A stretch of 62,499 bases of DNA, filler included, from Nitrospinae bacterium RIFCSPLOWO2_12_FULL_45_22 (GTDB taxonomy: Bacteria; 2-12-FULL-45-22), in assembly GCA_001803565.1 (NCBI GenBank). It is 6 parts of 6 records of this genome, joined end to end, with 100 filler letters (N's around TTAATTAATTAA, not from the genome) between each part and the next. Parts side by side here need not be neighbours in the genome. Positions count along the whole stretch, not along the records: positions 9,378 to 19,245 come from MHDQ01000072.1; 5 more parts are not named here. One strand, given 5' to 3'. Positions 9,378-19,345 of the stretch are shown piece by piece (position 1 is the first letter of the stretch; each line of letters opens with the position of its first letter). Both the position numbers and the translations under genes were made by a program. Below the pieces are notes generated by a model. It had not been told where the DNA came from. It saw only the letters and a program-made list of their open reading frames with translations, and ran no database searches.

Positions 9378-9548
9378 GATAACTTATCACCATATATCCC
9401 CAGTCCAGATAGGATACCTTTGAGGGTTTGGGTTAAGAAGTCTCTATTAGCAATGAGGGAGAGGAGAGTAATTATATCGTTTCCAGTTGTCATGCGGATA
9501 CCTTTGGTCAAAAGCCATTACCTGTTAAACCAGAAGCCCGGCTGATTC

Positions 9549-10295
9549 CTAAAGGATGCCAAGATCTATCCCTATCCAGTCAGCAAAATAGTTACTTAAA
9601 AGCTGTAAATAATCCGAGAATAATAAAATACCCATAGATATTAAGAGGAGGCCACTGATGAGATTTATGTATCGGATATATTTAGTGATCCTTTTAAAGA
9701 CATTTAGGAAGGTAGTGATAGCTAAAGCTGTAATAAGAAACGGTACTGCCAGGCCCAGAGAATAGATGATTAACAAATAAATACCTGTACCCGTGGTCTC
9801 TGAGAAGCTAGCATAGAGCAATATGGAGGCCAGGATTGGCCCTACACAAGGTGTCCAGCCAGCGGCGAAGGTTATTCCTATTAATATTGAGCTTAGATAT
9901 CCGCGGGGATTAATCTCTATATTGACACGTCTTTCTTGAGACAAAAAATTTAATTTGTATACGCCGGTCAAATATAACCCAAATGCTATTATAAACACGC
10001 TGCCTATTTTCCTGATTATATGAATATAGTCGCTCAGCAGCTTACCTATAAAAGTGGCGGAAGCCCCTAGAGTGATAAATACCAGGGAAAAGCCCAGGAT
10101 AAACAGTAATGAGTTTATAAAAGTAATCCGCCGAATCTTTCCTTTAGCTTGAGGGTTTATTAATTCATTGAAGGATATGCCAGTTATATAAGATACATAG
10201 GCAGGGACTAACGGTAGTACACAGGGGGAGAGAAAGGATAGCAATCCGGCCAAAAAAGAGATCAGGGTAGATATCACCGGGGGATTACCAGACAT
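9549..10295 (-). CDS. ccdA: Cytochrome c biogenesis protein CcdA
   Basis: SFLSPCVLPLVPAY and GWTPCVGPIL motifs, multiple TM helices. Confidence 0.92.
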   Translation of the reverse strand: MSGNPPVISTLISFLAGLLSFLSPCVLPLVPAYVSYITGISFNELINPQAKGKIRRITFINSLLFILGFSLVFITLGASATFIGKLLSDYIHIIRKIGSVFIIAFGLYLTGVYKLNFLSQERRVNIEINPRGYLSSILIGITFAAGWTPCVGPILASILLYASFSETTGTGIYLLIIYSLGLAVPFLITALAITTFLNVFKRITKYIRYINLISGLLLISMGILLFSDYLQLLSNYFADWIGIDLGIL

Positions 10296-10658
10296 TCCTC
10301 AATATCTTTCTTATTAATCCATTGCCTTTGCAGCAGCAATAGAGATTAACGGTATAGGCTTATCTGCTTATGGACAAATCTTTATCATTTGCTTTGTGTT
10401 TAGGCTTGAGCGTTTTAGGATAGGCTCAGGCAACTGGAGAGGGAGGCAGAGAATTTTTAAGGGCAAGGAATTTTTTCTCTATCCCTTATCGTCTCAGAAA
10501 GCACAGGATCTTTCTCTTAATGTTATCCCAAAAAGCTGCTCAAAATTTCCTCGGTTGTAGTGGTTTTTCTTACCTGATTTGTCTGCCAATGTCAATATTT
10601 AAATTTAAAAAATTTGTTGACACCAGCCCTTACTGTCTGTTATACGATAAGCCATTTT

Positions 10659-10797
10659 GTAACCGTTCGCAGGAGGAATACTTGCCACAGCGACACCAAG
10701 GACGGAGATGCCGTGTCCGTGACGCGTGTCGGTGTCCGGCCAAAGTGAACCCGGCTCACTGACACTGACACGAGCTCTCTGTGGCTGAACGGTTGCA
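10659..10797. repeat. Palindromic intergenic element (GTAACCGTTC...GTGGCTGAACGGTTGC)
   Basis: Inverted termini; the same GTGGCTGAACG end occurs near position 60. Confidence 0.6.
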
Positions 10798-10828
10798 AGG
10801 TTTGATAGGGTTTAAAAGGGTAAGGGAG

Positions 10829-11725
10829 ATGCCAAGAAGAAGGTTCTGGAAAAGATTGGGTAAATTAATAAATGCCAGGCTTCTGTCTGGCCTAAAAATA
10901 ATAATTGGTCACCTGCCTACTTCTATCTTCCCAGTAATAGCAAGAGGTGTAGGCAATACTCTTTATGTAATACTGAGGAAAAAGCGCTCTCTAGCCCTCC
11001 AGGCCATTCATCAAGTCTTATCTTTGCCAGACGGTGGTAAAGAGGCCCAGAGATTGGTTCGGGAGAATTTCTGCCATATGTATATGGTTATTCAAGAAAT
11101 ATTCGAGTGCTGCTATCTTAGTCCAGCCGAGATTATGAAGCGGGTAGAGGTTTTGGGTTTAGAAGATTTAGACTCAGCCCTGGCCCGGGGCAAAGGGGTA
11201 GTATGTGTGAGTGTCCATCTGGGTAATTTCCCCTTAATTGCCATAAGGCTAGCAATATCCGGGTACCCATTTAATGTATTGGTAAGGGGAGAGAAGGATG
11301 ATAAGGTAGAGGATATTTTTTCCCAGGTACGGCAAAAATTTGGCATCAAAACCCTCTACCGGGGACAATCTTATCACCCATTAGTTCGGGCCTTAAAACG
11401 TAATGAAATCCTTTGGCTTTTCCTGGACCAGTTTCCCCGTAAGAGTGAGATCCAGGCAGAGTTTTTTGGCTCTCCTTTCCCAGTATATACTGGTCCGGTA
11501 AGATTAGCCAGTGCTACTGGAGCACCGATAATTCCCATCACCATAACCCGCCTCTCGCCTAAAAACCATAGAATCCAGATATTCCCACCGTTAGAGCTTG
11601 AGGGGGATTTTAGCAAACAGAGTAGGACTCTATTAGAGATGATGGAGGAACAGATCAGGCTTACTCCTGCTCAGTGGCTTTGGTGGCATAAGGACTGGCT
11701 ACTAAAGAGGACCAGGAACAGTTAG
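10829..11725 (+). CDS. Lipid A/lysophospholipid acyltransferase (HtrB/LpxL family)
   Basis: GKGVVCVSVHLGNF, LDQ, FFG, GPVRLASATGAPI, PAQWLWWH; ATG 10829 chosen because the longer ORF begins inside a repeat. Confidence 0.8.
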   Translation: MPRRRFWKRLGKLINARLLSGLKIIIGHLPTSIFPVIARGVGNTLYVILRKKRSLALQAIHQVLSLPDGGKEAQRLVRENFCHMYMVIQEIFECCYLSPAEIMKRVEVLGLEDLDSALARGKGVVCVSVHLGNFPLIAIRLAISGYPFNVLVRGEKDDKVEDIFSQVRQKFGIKTLYRGQSYHPLVRALKRNEILWLFLDQFPRKSEIQAEFFGSPFPVYTGPVRLASATGAPIIPITITRLSPKNHRIQIFPPLELEGDFSKQSRTLLEMMEEQIRLTPAQWLWWHKDWLLKRTRNS

Positions 11726-11802
11726 CAGGGCTCAGGGATCAGTTGTCAGGAAGGCTTTTCCTGAACCCGGTTAACTGAACCCCGTGAACTGTTACCCGAT
11801 GG

Positions 11803-12660
11803 TTAGGGGAGTAATTCCTGTAAGAGCCTTTTTCTGACCAGTTCTACCGGCATATCCCGTCCGGTCCATAGTTTAAAAGATAAGGCCCCCTGATAGATCA
11901 GCATACCTAATCCGTCTAAAGTCTTACCCCCTTTAGCCTTAGCTGCCTGAAGCAATGGGGTATTCAGTGGGCGATAGACGATGTCACAAACCAACTGCTG
12001 GGGTCTGAGCCTTTCCCCAGGCAATATCACCATGTCATCCCTGCTCATACCAATAGGGGTAGTATTGATTATGATCTCTGCCTCCTCCATATGAGTTATT
12101 AATATTTCTTTTTCTAGGGGTATTGCACAAACTGAGACTCTATTAGAATGTTTTTCAAGATAAGAAGCTAGCTCCTCGGCTCTATTTAAAGTGCGGTTAG
12201 CGATTATTATCCTTTTGGCCCTTGCTAAAGCCAAATGGATAGCTATTGCCCGGGCAGCACCACCAGCCCCTAAGAGGAGGATGGTCTTTCCTTTAGGGCT
12301 CTCGCCCACATCCCTTGATAAAGAGGTAATAAATCCCTGCCCATCGGTATTATGGCCGATTAGCTTACCATCGGCCAATACAATAGTATTTATTGCTCCA
12401 ATAAGCCTGGCTTCTTCACTAAGTTCATCTACTAATGGGATAGCCGCTTCTTTATGGGGTATGGTTAAATTAACCCCCTTAATGCCCAGGGCCTTTATAC
12501 CTGCCAGGGCAGCCGGTAGATCCGGTGGTTTGACAGAGAAAGCAAGATAGATGAGGTCCAAATAATGATATTCAGCAGCAACCTGGTGCATTAAGGGTGA
12601 GAGGGTATGGCCAATGGGATAGCCAAAAATTCCTAAAACTTTCTTATCATTCACTATCAC
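11803..12660 (-). CDS. aroE: Shikimate dehydrogenase
   Basis: GHTLSPLMH, NLTIPHK, HNTDG, GAGGAARA, DIVYRP, GLGMLIYQG. Confidence 0.95.
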   Translation of the reverse strand: MIVNDKKVLGIFGYPIGHTLSPLMHQVAAEYHYLDLIYLAFSVKPPDLPAALAGIKALGIKGVNLTIPHKEAAIPLVDELSEEARLIGAINTIVLADGKLIGHNTDGQGFITSLSRDVGESPKGKTILLLGAGGAARAIAIHLALARAKRIIIANRTLNRAEELASYLEKHSNRVSVCAIPLEKEILITHMEEAEIIINTTPIGMSRDDMVILPGERLRPQQLVCDIVYRPLNTPLLQAAKAKGGKTLDGLGMLIYQGALSFKLWTGRDMPVELVRKRLLQELLP

Positions 12661-12667
12661 AAACGAC

Positions 12668-13612
12668 TTAGGGTATATCTTTTTTGGTTAGGACAAAATC
12701 GCTTAGGACATCAATTTTAGTATAAGGGAGGGGAATTTCTTTGCCGTTCAACCGGAGCTTAGTACCCGCTACATGACCTATAATCAAGACAAATTTCTCC
12801 TGCGCGCTCCATTCCTTACTCATCCCGGCTCGCAATAATATGTCTTCCTGGCTCATCCCATCAGGAGAAACCCTTAGCCAGGCATCTTCCAGGGCATCTA
12901 TAGTCAAGATTAATGGAGGTGGGGTAGTTTTTCCGGCTTCTTTAATCACGCCTTTGGCCGCTTGCCCCATAGCACCTCCTTCTTCAGGTACAAATACTTC
13001 CGGGTGCTGGATGGTGGTTTCTCCAGTTTGTTCAGAGACTTTTGGATGTTGTTGTATGGCAGGTGTCTCAGATGGGCCTGGTTTCTCTTCCAGGGTTAGT
13101 ATGGGTGCTTGAATACTTTGTAAAGGGGGTTGTGCCAGGGGCTCTTTCTCTTTTTGGAATTTATCGCTAATCTTTGTTTCCGGTAATTCAGCACCCTTTT
13201 CCGTCTGTGGAGGGTATTGTCCTTTTTGTCGCCACATATCAGTCTGATAGAGATAGGATAGCACGGCTAACACAATAAAAATAATGGACACAACTGGTAT
13301 TAGATATTTCTGTGAAGAACGACTGATATCAAAAGGGTATTCCTTTTGGAGAAGAAGGTTTTTTCTGGCCAGTTCTGCCCGAGCCCAACTCTCTTTATAG
13401 GCCGTCAGGATCTTTTCTGGTTCAAATCCCAGGTATTGGGCATAGGTGCGTAAGAAACCCTTTATATATATGGGTGCTGAGAAAGGCTTAAAATCTTCTG
13501 CTTCTAAAGCCTTGATAAATTTTGGCTGTATTTTAGTAACTTTGCTGACCTCGTCTATACTCAGGCCCCTTGCCGCGCGCTCTTTTGCTAAGATTTCTCC
13601 CAGAGACGTCAT
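12668..13612 (-). CDS. rodZ: RodZ-like HTH membrane protein
   Basis: N-terminal HTH (YIKGFLRTYAQYLG), single TM, C-terminal DUF4115-like domain; start could be upstream (13648). Confidence 0.8.
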   Translation of the reverse strand: MTSLGEILAKERAARGLSIDEVSKVTKIQPKFIKALEAEDFKPFSAPIYIKGFLRTYAQYLGFEPEKILTAYKESWARAELARKNLLLQKEYPFDISRSSQKYLIPVVSIIFIVLAVLSYLYQTDMWRQKGQYPPQTEKGAELPETKISDKFQKEKEPLAQPPLQSIQAPILTLEEKPGPSETPAIQQHPKVSEQTGETTIQHPEVFVPEEGGAMGQAAKGVIKEAGKTTPPPLILTIDALEDAWLRVSPDGMSQEDILLRAGMSKEWSAQEKFVLIIGHVAGTKLRLNGKEIPLPYTKIDVLSDFVLTKKDIP

Positions 13613-13889
13613 AGAGAATTCCCTCTTGTCAGTAGAAGTTAGGTTCAATGCTTAAAGGTTAATTTAGCAAAAAAGGTTAATTATGTCAAAAAGTTTTAAA
13701 ATGATGCAAATAATCTTACAAATCTTTTCCTCATTGTGGTATTATAAAATTTATAAAATTTTAGTCATGGATAGACACAGAAAGGGTAAAGATTAAAGCA
13801 CAAAGCGCAAAACTAAGGAATAAATTCCCTCAGGTTTAATCTTTACGTTTTACGTAGTCTTGGTGGCTATATCTTTTAGGGGAGAGGTT

Positions 13890-14831
13890 ATGAAGATATT
13901 AGTTACTGGTGGTGCCGGGTTTATTGCTTCCCATGTAGTGGACAGGTTGATCCAGGTAGGCCATGAAGTGGTTGTGGTAGATGATTTATCTATGGGCAAA
14001 GAAGAGAATATCAATAGGCAGGCCAAATTTTATCGCCTGGATATTAGAGACAGTCGCTTAAAGGAAGTGTTTGCCACCGAGACCCCAGAGATCGTCAATC
14101 ACCATGCTGCCCAGGTGAGTGTTACTAAGTCAGTAGAAGAACCCCTTTGGGATGCTCAGATAAACATCCTTGGCTCTTTAAACCTCCTGGAACTGGCCAG
14201 GGCATATAAGGTCAAAAAGTTTATCTATGCCTCGACGGGTGGTGCAGTTTATGGTGAGCCGGAATATATACCAGTGGATGAGGAGCATAAAGTCGCCCCG
14301 CTATCCCCTTATGGGATAAGTAAATTCATGGTAGAGAAGTACATTTCTGTCTATTGCCATAATTATGGCCTGGCATTCGTTATCTTGCGATATCCCAATG
14401 TTTATGGTCCCAGACAGGACCCTCATGGTGAGGCTGGCGTAGTGGCTATTTTTAGCCAGCATATGTTGGCCAATGTTCAATCTACCATCTTCGGCGATGG
14501 CTCTAAGACCAGGGATTATGTCTATGTGGGCGATATTGTTGAGGCTAACATATTAGTCCTTTCCCAGGGAGATGGTGAGATATACAACCTGGGTTGGGGG
14601 AAAGAAGTTTCAGATTATACTGTTTTTGATGAAGTAAGTAAGGCATTGAATTATCCGGGAGAGCCCCTCTATAGTTCCAAAAGGCCCGGTGAAATAGAAA
14701 ATATTGCCCTGGATGCTAAAAAAATTAAAAAGGCCCTGGGTTGGGGGCCCAAAGTATCTTTGACTGAAGGTATCAAAAAGGCTGCGGCATATTATAAGGC
14801 TAAACACTTATCTACAAAGCAACTCAAATAA
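13890..14831 (+). CDS. NAD-dependent epimerase, UDP-glucose 4-epimerase-like
   Basis: TGGAGFIA, YGISK, NVYGPRQDPHGEAGVV, TRDYVYV. Confidence 0.9.
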   Translation: MKILVTGGAGFIASHVVDRLIQVGHEVVVVDDLSMGKEENINRQAKFYRLDIRDSRLKEVFATETPEIVNHHAAQVSVTKSVEEPLWDAQINILGSLNLLELARAYKVKKFIYASTGGAVYGEPEYIPVDEEHKVAPLSPYGISKFMVEKYISVYCHNYGLAFVILRYPNVYGPRQDPHGEAGVVAIFSQHMLANVQSTIFGDGSKTRDYVYVGDIVEANILVLSQGDGEIYNLGWGKEVSDYTVFDEVSKALNYPGEPLYSSKRPGEIENIALDAKKIKKALGWGPKVSLTEGIKKAAAYYKAKHLSTKQLK

Positions 14832-14892
14832 TTACCGGTGTCAGAAGAACCCTTCATGGGCATTTAGCTCCCTACAGGGGGTAAAAATATTA

Positions 14893-15160
14893 GCCACGGA
14901 GACACGGAGTCACAGAGGATTTTAGGACTATAGTGAACGACTTAGATAAGTTGACATATGGAAGCTGTCATTCCGAGTGAAGCGAGGAATCTCGAAGATT
15001 TCTCCCTTCGGTCGAAATGACAACTTAATTTAGTCGCTCATTATTACTATAATTGTAAAATTAGCAATGCAAAATTGGCATTAATACGGAGGAATTGTTA
15101 AATGCTAATTGCTAATTTTGGATTTTGCATTGAATCTCTGTGCCTCGGTGTCTCTGTGGC
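14893..15160. repeat. Nested palindromic repeat stack
   Basis: Outer GCCACGGAGACACGGAG/CTCGGTGTCTCTGTGGC; inner TGTCATTCCGAGTGAAGCGAGGAATCT...TCGGTCGAAATGACA (14966-15022); heptamer-type arms. Confidence 0.8.
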
Positions 15161-15191
15161 AAATTAACGCAAAGAGGGGGGAGGGTAGGAA

Positions 15192-16820
15192 GTGGAGATA
15201 AAATCGGATTTCTTAATTATCGGCAGTGGCATGGCAGGTCTTACTTTTGCCTTGAAGGCCGCTGACTATGGCGATGTAGCTATCATAACGAAAAAAGATA
15301 TTGCTGAGTCCAATACTAATTGTGCCCAGGGGGGTATTGCGGCGGTAACCAGCGAGGAAGACTCTTATGAGTTCCATGTACGGGATACTTTAGAGGCCGG
15401 TGGGGGACTATGTAAAGAAGAGGCGGTTCGGATTTTGGTAGAGGGTGGTCCAGCCCGCATCCGTGAGCTTATGGATTGGGGGGTAAAGTTTAGTATCAAG
15501 GAGAACCAGGAGCTAGACCTGGGGAAAGAAGGAGGGCATTCCAAACGCCGCATCATCCATGCTGGAGATATTACTGGTCAGGAGGTAGAGAAGGTATTGC
15601 TTCAACGGGTGCGGGCCAGGGGCAATATTGCTATATATGAACATCATATTGCTATAGACCTTATTACCCGGGCAAAATTAGATAGATGCACCCCTCTAGG
15701 TGATCCCGAGGATGTCTGTTTAGGCGCTTATGCCCTGGATCGCTATAGCGGTATAGTTAAGACATTTCTGGCCGATATAACTCTATTGGCTACTGGGGGT
15801 TCAGGTAAGGTCTATCTTTATACCAGCAATCCTGATATAGCTACTGGTGATGGTGTGGCGATGGCTTATCGGGTAGGGGCCAGGATTGCTAATATGGAAT
15901 TTATTCAGTTCCATCCTACCTGTCTTTACCACCCAGCCGCTAAATCCTTCCTTATCTCTGAAGCCCTCAGGGGCGAAGGGGCAGTGTTACGCTTGCAGGA
16001 TAGTACTCCTTTCATGGAACGATATCACCCTATGGGCTGTTTAGCCCCCAGAGATGTTGTATCACAGGCTATTGATAATGAAATGAAGAAAAGGGGGGAC
16101 GATTTTGTCTATCTAGATATCACGGCCCTGGGAGAAGAACGGATCAAGGAGCGCTTTCCTAATATTTATGAAACTTGCCTCTCTTACGGGTATAATTTAG
16201 CCAAAGAACCTATACCAGTGGTCCCGGCAGCCCATTATCTTTGTGGTGGTATTGTAACCGATTCTTATGGCCGGACTAATATAAAAAGACTCTATGCCAG
16301 TGGTGAGACCGCTTGTACCGGCGTGCATGGGGCTAACCGACTGGCCAGCAACTCTCTTCTGGAAGCACTGGTATTTTCTCACCGGGCTTTCTTGCGGGCT
16401 ATAGAAGAAAGAAAAGAGCCGAGTTGGGAACTCCCCCGTTTACTGGAATGGAATATAGGTAATGCCGTAGACAGTGATGAGAATGTAGTAGTTACCCATA
16501 ATTGGGATGAGATCCGCCGCACCATGTGGAATTATGTAGGGATAGTCCGCTCTAATAAGCGATTAAATCGGGCTAAAACCCGGATAGATTTGCTCCAGAA
16601 AGAGATCAAGGAATATTACTGGAATTTTATTATTACCAGTGACCTTATTGAACTGCGTAATATCGCAACGGTAGCAGCGTTGATTATTCGGTCGGCTATT
16701 GTCCGGGAAGAAAGCCGGGGCCTTCATTATAACCTGGATTATCCACAAAGAGATGATCAGCATTGGCGTAAGAATGCGGTTATCTATCTGGATAAACTAT
16801 ATTTTGAAGCGGTTTGCTAG
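15192..16820 (+). CDS. nadB: L-aspartate oxidase
   Basis: [50 protein letters not shown]. Confidence 0.96.
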   Translation: MEIKSDFLIIGSGMAGLTFALKAADYGDVAIITKKDIAESNTNCAQGGIAAVTSEEDSYEFHVRDTLEAGGGLCKEEAVRILVEGGPARIRELMDWGVKFSIKENQELDLGKEGGHSKRRIIHAGDITGQEVEKVLLQRVRARGNIAIYEHHIAIDLITRAKLDRCTPLGDPEDVCLGAYALDRYSGIVKTFLADITLLATGGSGKVYLYTSNPDIATGDGVAMAYRVGARIANMEFIQFHPTCLYHPAAKSFLISEALRGEGAVLRLQDSTPFMERYHPMGCLAPRDVVSQAIDNEMKKRGDDFVYLDITALGEERIKERFPNIYETCLSYGYNLAKEPIPVVPAAHYLCGGIVTDSYGRTNIKRLYASGETACTGVHGANRLASNSLLEALVFSHRAFLRAIEERKEPSWELPRLLEWNIGNAVDSDENVVVTHNWDEIRRTMWNYVGIVRSNKRLNRAKTRIDLLQKEIKEYYWNFIITSDLIELRNIATVAALIIRSAIVREESRGLHYNLDYPQRDDQHWRKNAVIYLDKLYFEAVC

Positions 16821-16848
16821 CAAAGAAAGTCCCGCTAGTAGTATTGGC

Positions 16849-17086
16849 TTCATTGCAAAATTAACAATGTAAAATTAGCAATTAACAATTAGAGAAACCA
16901 GGAGATTAAGAGACTAAAAAGAGATTAGATATTTAGTCTCCTAAAAAATAAAAGCCAAAATGTCAAAGCTCAAATATTTTGGCATTTGGATTTTGAGTTT
17001 TGGATTTATCCTAGTCTCTATAAATCTCTTAATCTCAGATCTTTGATTTTGAAATGCTAATTGCTAATTTTGCATTTTGCATTGAA
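16849..17086. repeat. Nested heptamer-type palindromes
   Basis: Outer arms TGCAAAATTAACAATGTAAAATTAGCA / TGCTAATTTTGCATTTTGCA enclose further inverted pairs. Confidence 0.7.
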
Positions 17087-17092
17087 ACGAAA

Positions 17093-19204
17093 ATGAACAA
17101 GGCATGGGTAAAGGAGTTAAAGGGGATAATATGGATAGTTTTAGCCCTCGCTATTTTCCTGAGCCTTTTAACTTATAGCCCCAATGATCCTTCTCTATTT
17201 CACCAATCCTCTGCACCAGCTTTGTCTATAGAGAACCTTATGGGTTATCCTGGGGCATACCTGGCGGGTACTATGCTGCGCCTTTTAGGCCTGGCCACTT
17301 ATGCCCTTCCGGCGGTAATTTTTATTTTTGGCGGGCTAATATTTTGGGATAAGCCCTGCAAGAGTTTATGGTGGGTTATGGTAGGGACTATAGGTTTTTT
17401 GGTGTCGCTCAGTGCCTTATTATATTTTTACTTTCCTGACTCGCCCTGGTCTCACAGCCTGATCGGAAGTTTTATTTATCAGGTATTGATAAGAAACCTT
17501 AATCTAGGTGGAACCTTAGCTATCCTGGTAACTATTATTTCGCTCTCATTATTCCTGATTATACCTTTGCCCCTGCGTTCGTTGCAGGAAGGGTTCTTGA
17601 GCCTTTGTCAAAAAATAGTTTCGGGGGTAGGAAAAGGGTTCGGCTATCACCATAAGAGAAGAGAAAAATCCCTGGGGTCAAAAAGGAGTCTAATATCATC
17701 AGCTATGATCGGGCATGGGCAGGAGAAAGAAGATGATAAGCAACCGATGGGAGTAATCCCCTCATCAACTAATAAATCTGGAGGGGATTATCAGCCTCCA
17801 CCCTTAAATCTTCTGGATAACCCTCCATCCATAGATAAAGGGTCTTTGAATAAAGAACTGGGAACTAGGGCGGGGTTATTAGAGCAAAGATTGAAGGATT
17901 TTGGGGTTCAGGGTCGGGTTGTCCAGATACTTAAAGGCCCAGTAATAACCATGTATGAGTTCGAACCCGGCCCCGGGGTGAAAGTCAGTAAGATCATGAA
18001 TTTGAGTGATGATCTAGCCCTGGCCATGAAGGCTTTAAGCGTTAGGATCGTCGCCCCGGTACCCGGTAAGTCTGTGGTAGGTATTGAGATCCCTAACGAT
18101 ATTCGTTGTCCGGTATCTCTCAAAGAAATCCTGGATTCTCCAACCTTCCGGCAAAATCGGTCTAAATTGCCTTTAGCCCTGGGAAAAGATATTTTGGGTA
18201 ATCCGGTGGTAACAGACCTTGCTCAGATACCCCATTTACTCATTGCAGGCGCTACCGGGTCTGGTAAGAGTGTAGGGCTTAATGGTATGATCTGTAGCCT
18301 CTTGTTTAATGCCACGCCCGAAGAAGTAAAGCTGATCCTGATTGATCCAAAGATGTTAGAGCTATCTATCTATGATGGTATACCGCACCTGATTTTACCG
18401 GTAGTTACTGAACCCAAAAAGGCTGCTGGGGCCTTAAGGGGTATAGTCGGGGAGATGGAGCGGCGGTATCATTTAATGGCCCGGTATGGTGTAAGGCATA
18501 TAGAACGATATAACCAGATGTTGGGGGAGCACCCAGACCCAGCCCAGGGAGAAGGAGGCGATAAGCTCTATTACATTGTAGTAGTTATTGATGAATTGGC
18601 AGACTTGATGCTAGTATCCTCCAGAGAGGTGGAAGATTCTATTGCCAGGCTGGCCCAGATGGCCCGGGCTGCCGGTATTCATCTAATCGTAGCCACTCAA
18701 AGGCCCTCCGTAGATGTCCTTACCGGGGTTATTAAGGCAAATTTCCCGGCCCGCATCTCTTACCAGGTATCTTCTAAGGTAGATTCCCGGACTATCCTGG
18801 ATACTATTGGCGCCGAGCGACTCCTGGGCAAGGGAGACCTTTTGTTCCTGCCCCCGGGGACTTCTAATCTACAGCGGATTCATGGGGCCTTTGTCTCGGA
18901 GACCGAGATCAAACGCCTGGTGGACTACCTCAGATACCAGCAACAGCCGGTTTATGATGAGACGATCATGAAGATAGAGGCAGGGGCCGAAGATCAATTG
19001 GAAGAGGAGCATGATGAAAAATATGAAGAGGCGATACAATTGGTGGCCCGTACTGGCCAGGCATCTATTTCTATGATCCAGCGAAAATTGAGGGTGGGTT
19101 ACAACCGTGCAGCCCGGATGATTGAATTGATGGAGAAAGAGGGTATTGTTGGTCCCGCAGATGGGTCTAAACCCCGGGAAGTCTATATCCGGCCCGACCT
19201 TTAA
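17093..19204 (+). CDS. ftsK: DNA translocase FtsK
   Basis: N-terminal TM domain, GATGSGKS, IDELADLM, ATQRPSVDV, gamma domain QRKLRVGYNRAAR. Confidence 0.96.
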   Translation: MNKAWVKELKGIIWIVLALAIFLSLLTYSPNDPSLFHQSSAPALSIENLMGYPGAYLAGTMLRLLGLATYALPAVIFIFGGLIFWDKPCKSLWWVMVGTIGFLVSLSALLYFYFPDSPWSHSLIGSFIYQVLIRNLNLGGTLAILVTIISLSLFLIIPLPLRSLQEGFLSLCQKIVSGVGKGFGYHHKRREKSLGSKRSLISSAMIGHGQEKEDDKQPMGVIPSSTNKSGGDYQPPPLNLLDNPPSIDKGSLNKELGTRAGLLEQRLKDFGVQGRVVQILKGPVITMYEFEPGPGVKVSKIMNLSDDLALAMKALSVRIVAPVPGKSVVGIEIPNDIRCPVSLKEILDSPTFRQNRSKLPLALGKDILGNPVVTDLAQIPHLLIAGATGSGKSVGLNGMICSLLFNATPEEVKLILIDPKMLELSIYDGIPHLILPVVTEPKKAAGALRGIVGEMERRYHLMARYGVRHIERYNQMLGEHPDPAQGEGGDKLYYIVVVIDELADLMLVSSREVEDSIARLAQMARAAGIHLIVATQRPSVDVLTGVIKANFPARISYQVSSKVDSRTILDTIGAERLLGKGDLLFLPPGTSNLQRIHGAFVSETEIKRLVDYLRYQQQPVYDETIMKIEAGAEDQLEEEHDEKYEEAIQLVARTGQASISMIQRKLRVGYNRAARMIELMEKEGIVGPADGSKPREVYIRPDL

Positions 19205-19245
19205 ATTATTACATTTCGTACTTGCCAAAGTCTTCCGGCTTGAGG

Positions 19246-19345
19246 NNNNNNNNNNNNNNNNNNNNNNNNNNNNNNNNNNNNNNNNNNNNTTAATTAATTA
19301 ANNNNNNNNNNNNNNNNNNNNNNNNNNNNNNNNNNNNNNNNNNNN
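19246..19345. other. Artificial contig linker
   Basis: N-TTAATTAATTAA-N, 100 bp. Confidence 0.98.

Noticed and set aside
9378-9511. Partial minus-strand ORF at the contig edge
   Set aside because: Too short and no recognisable motif
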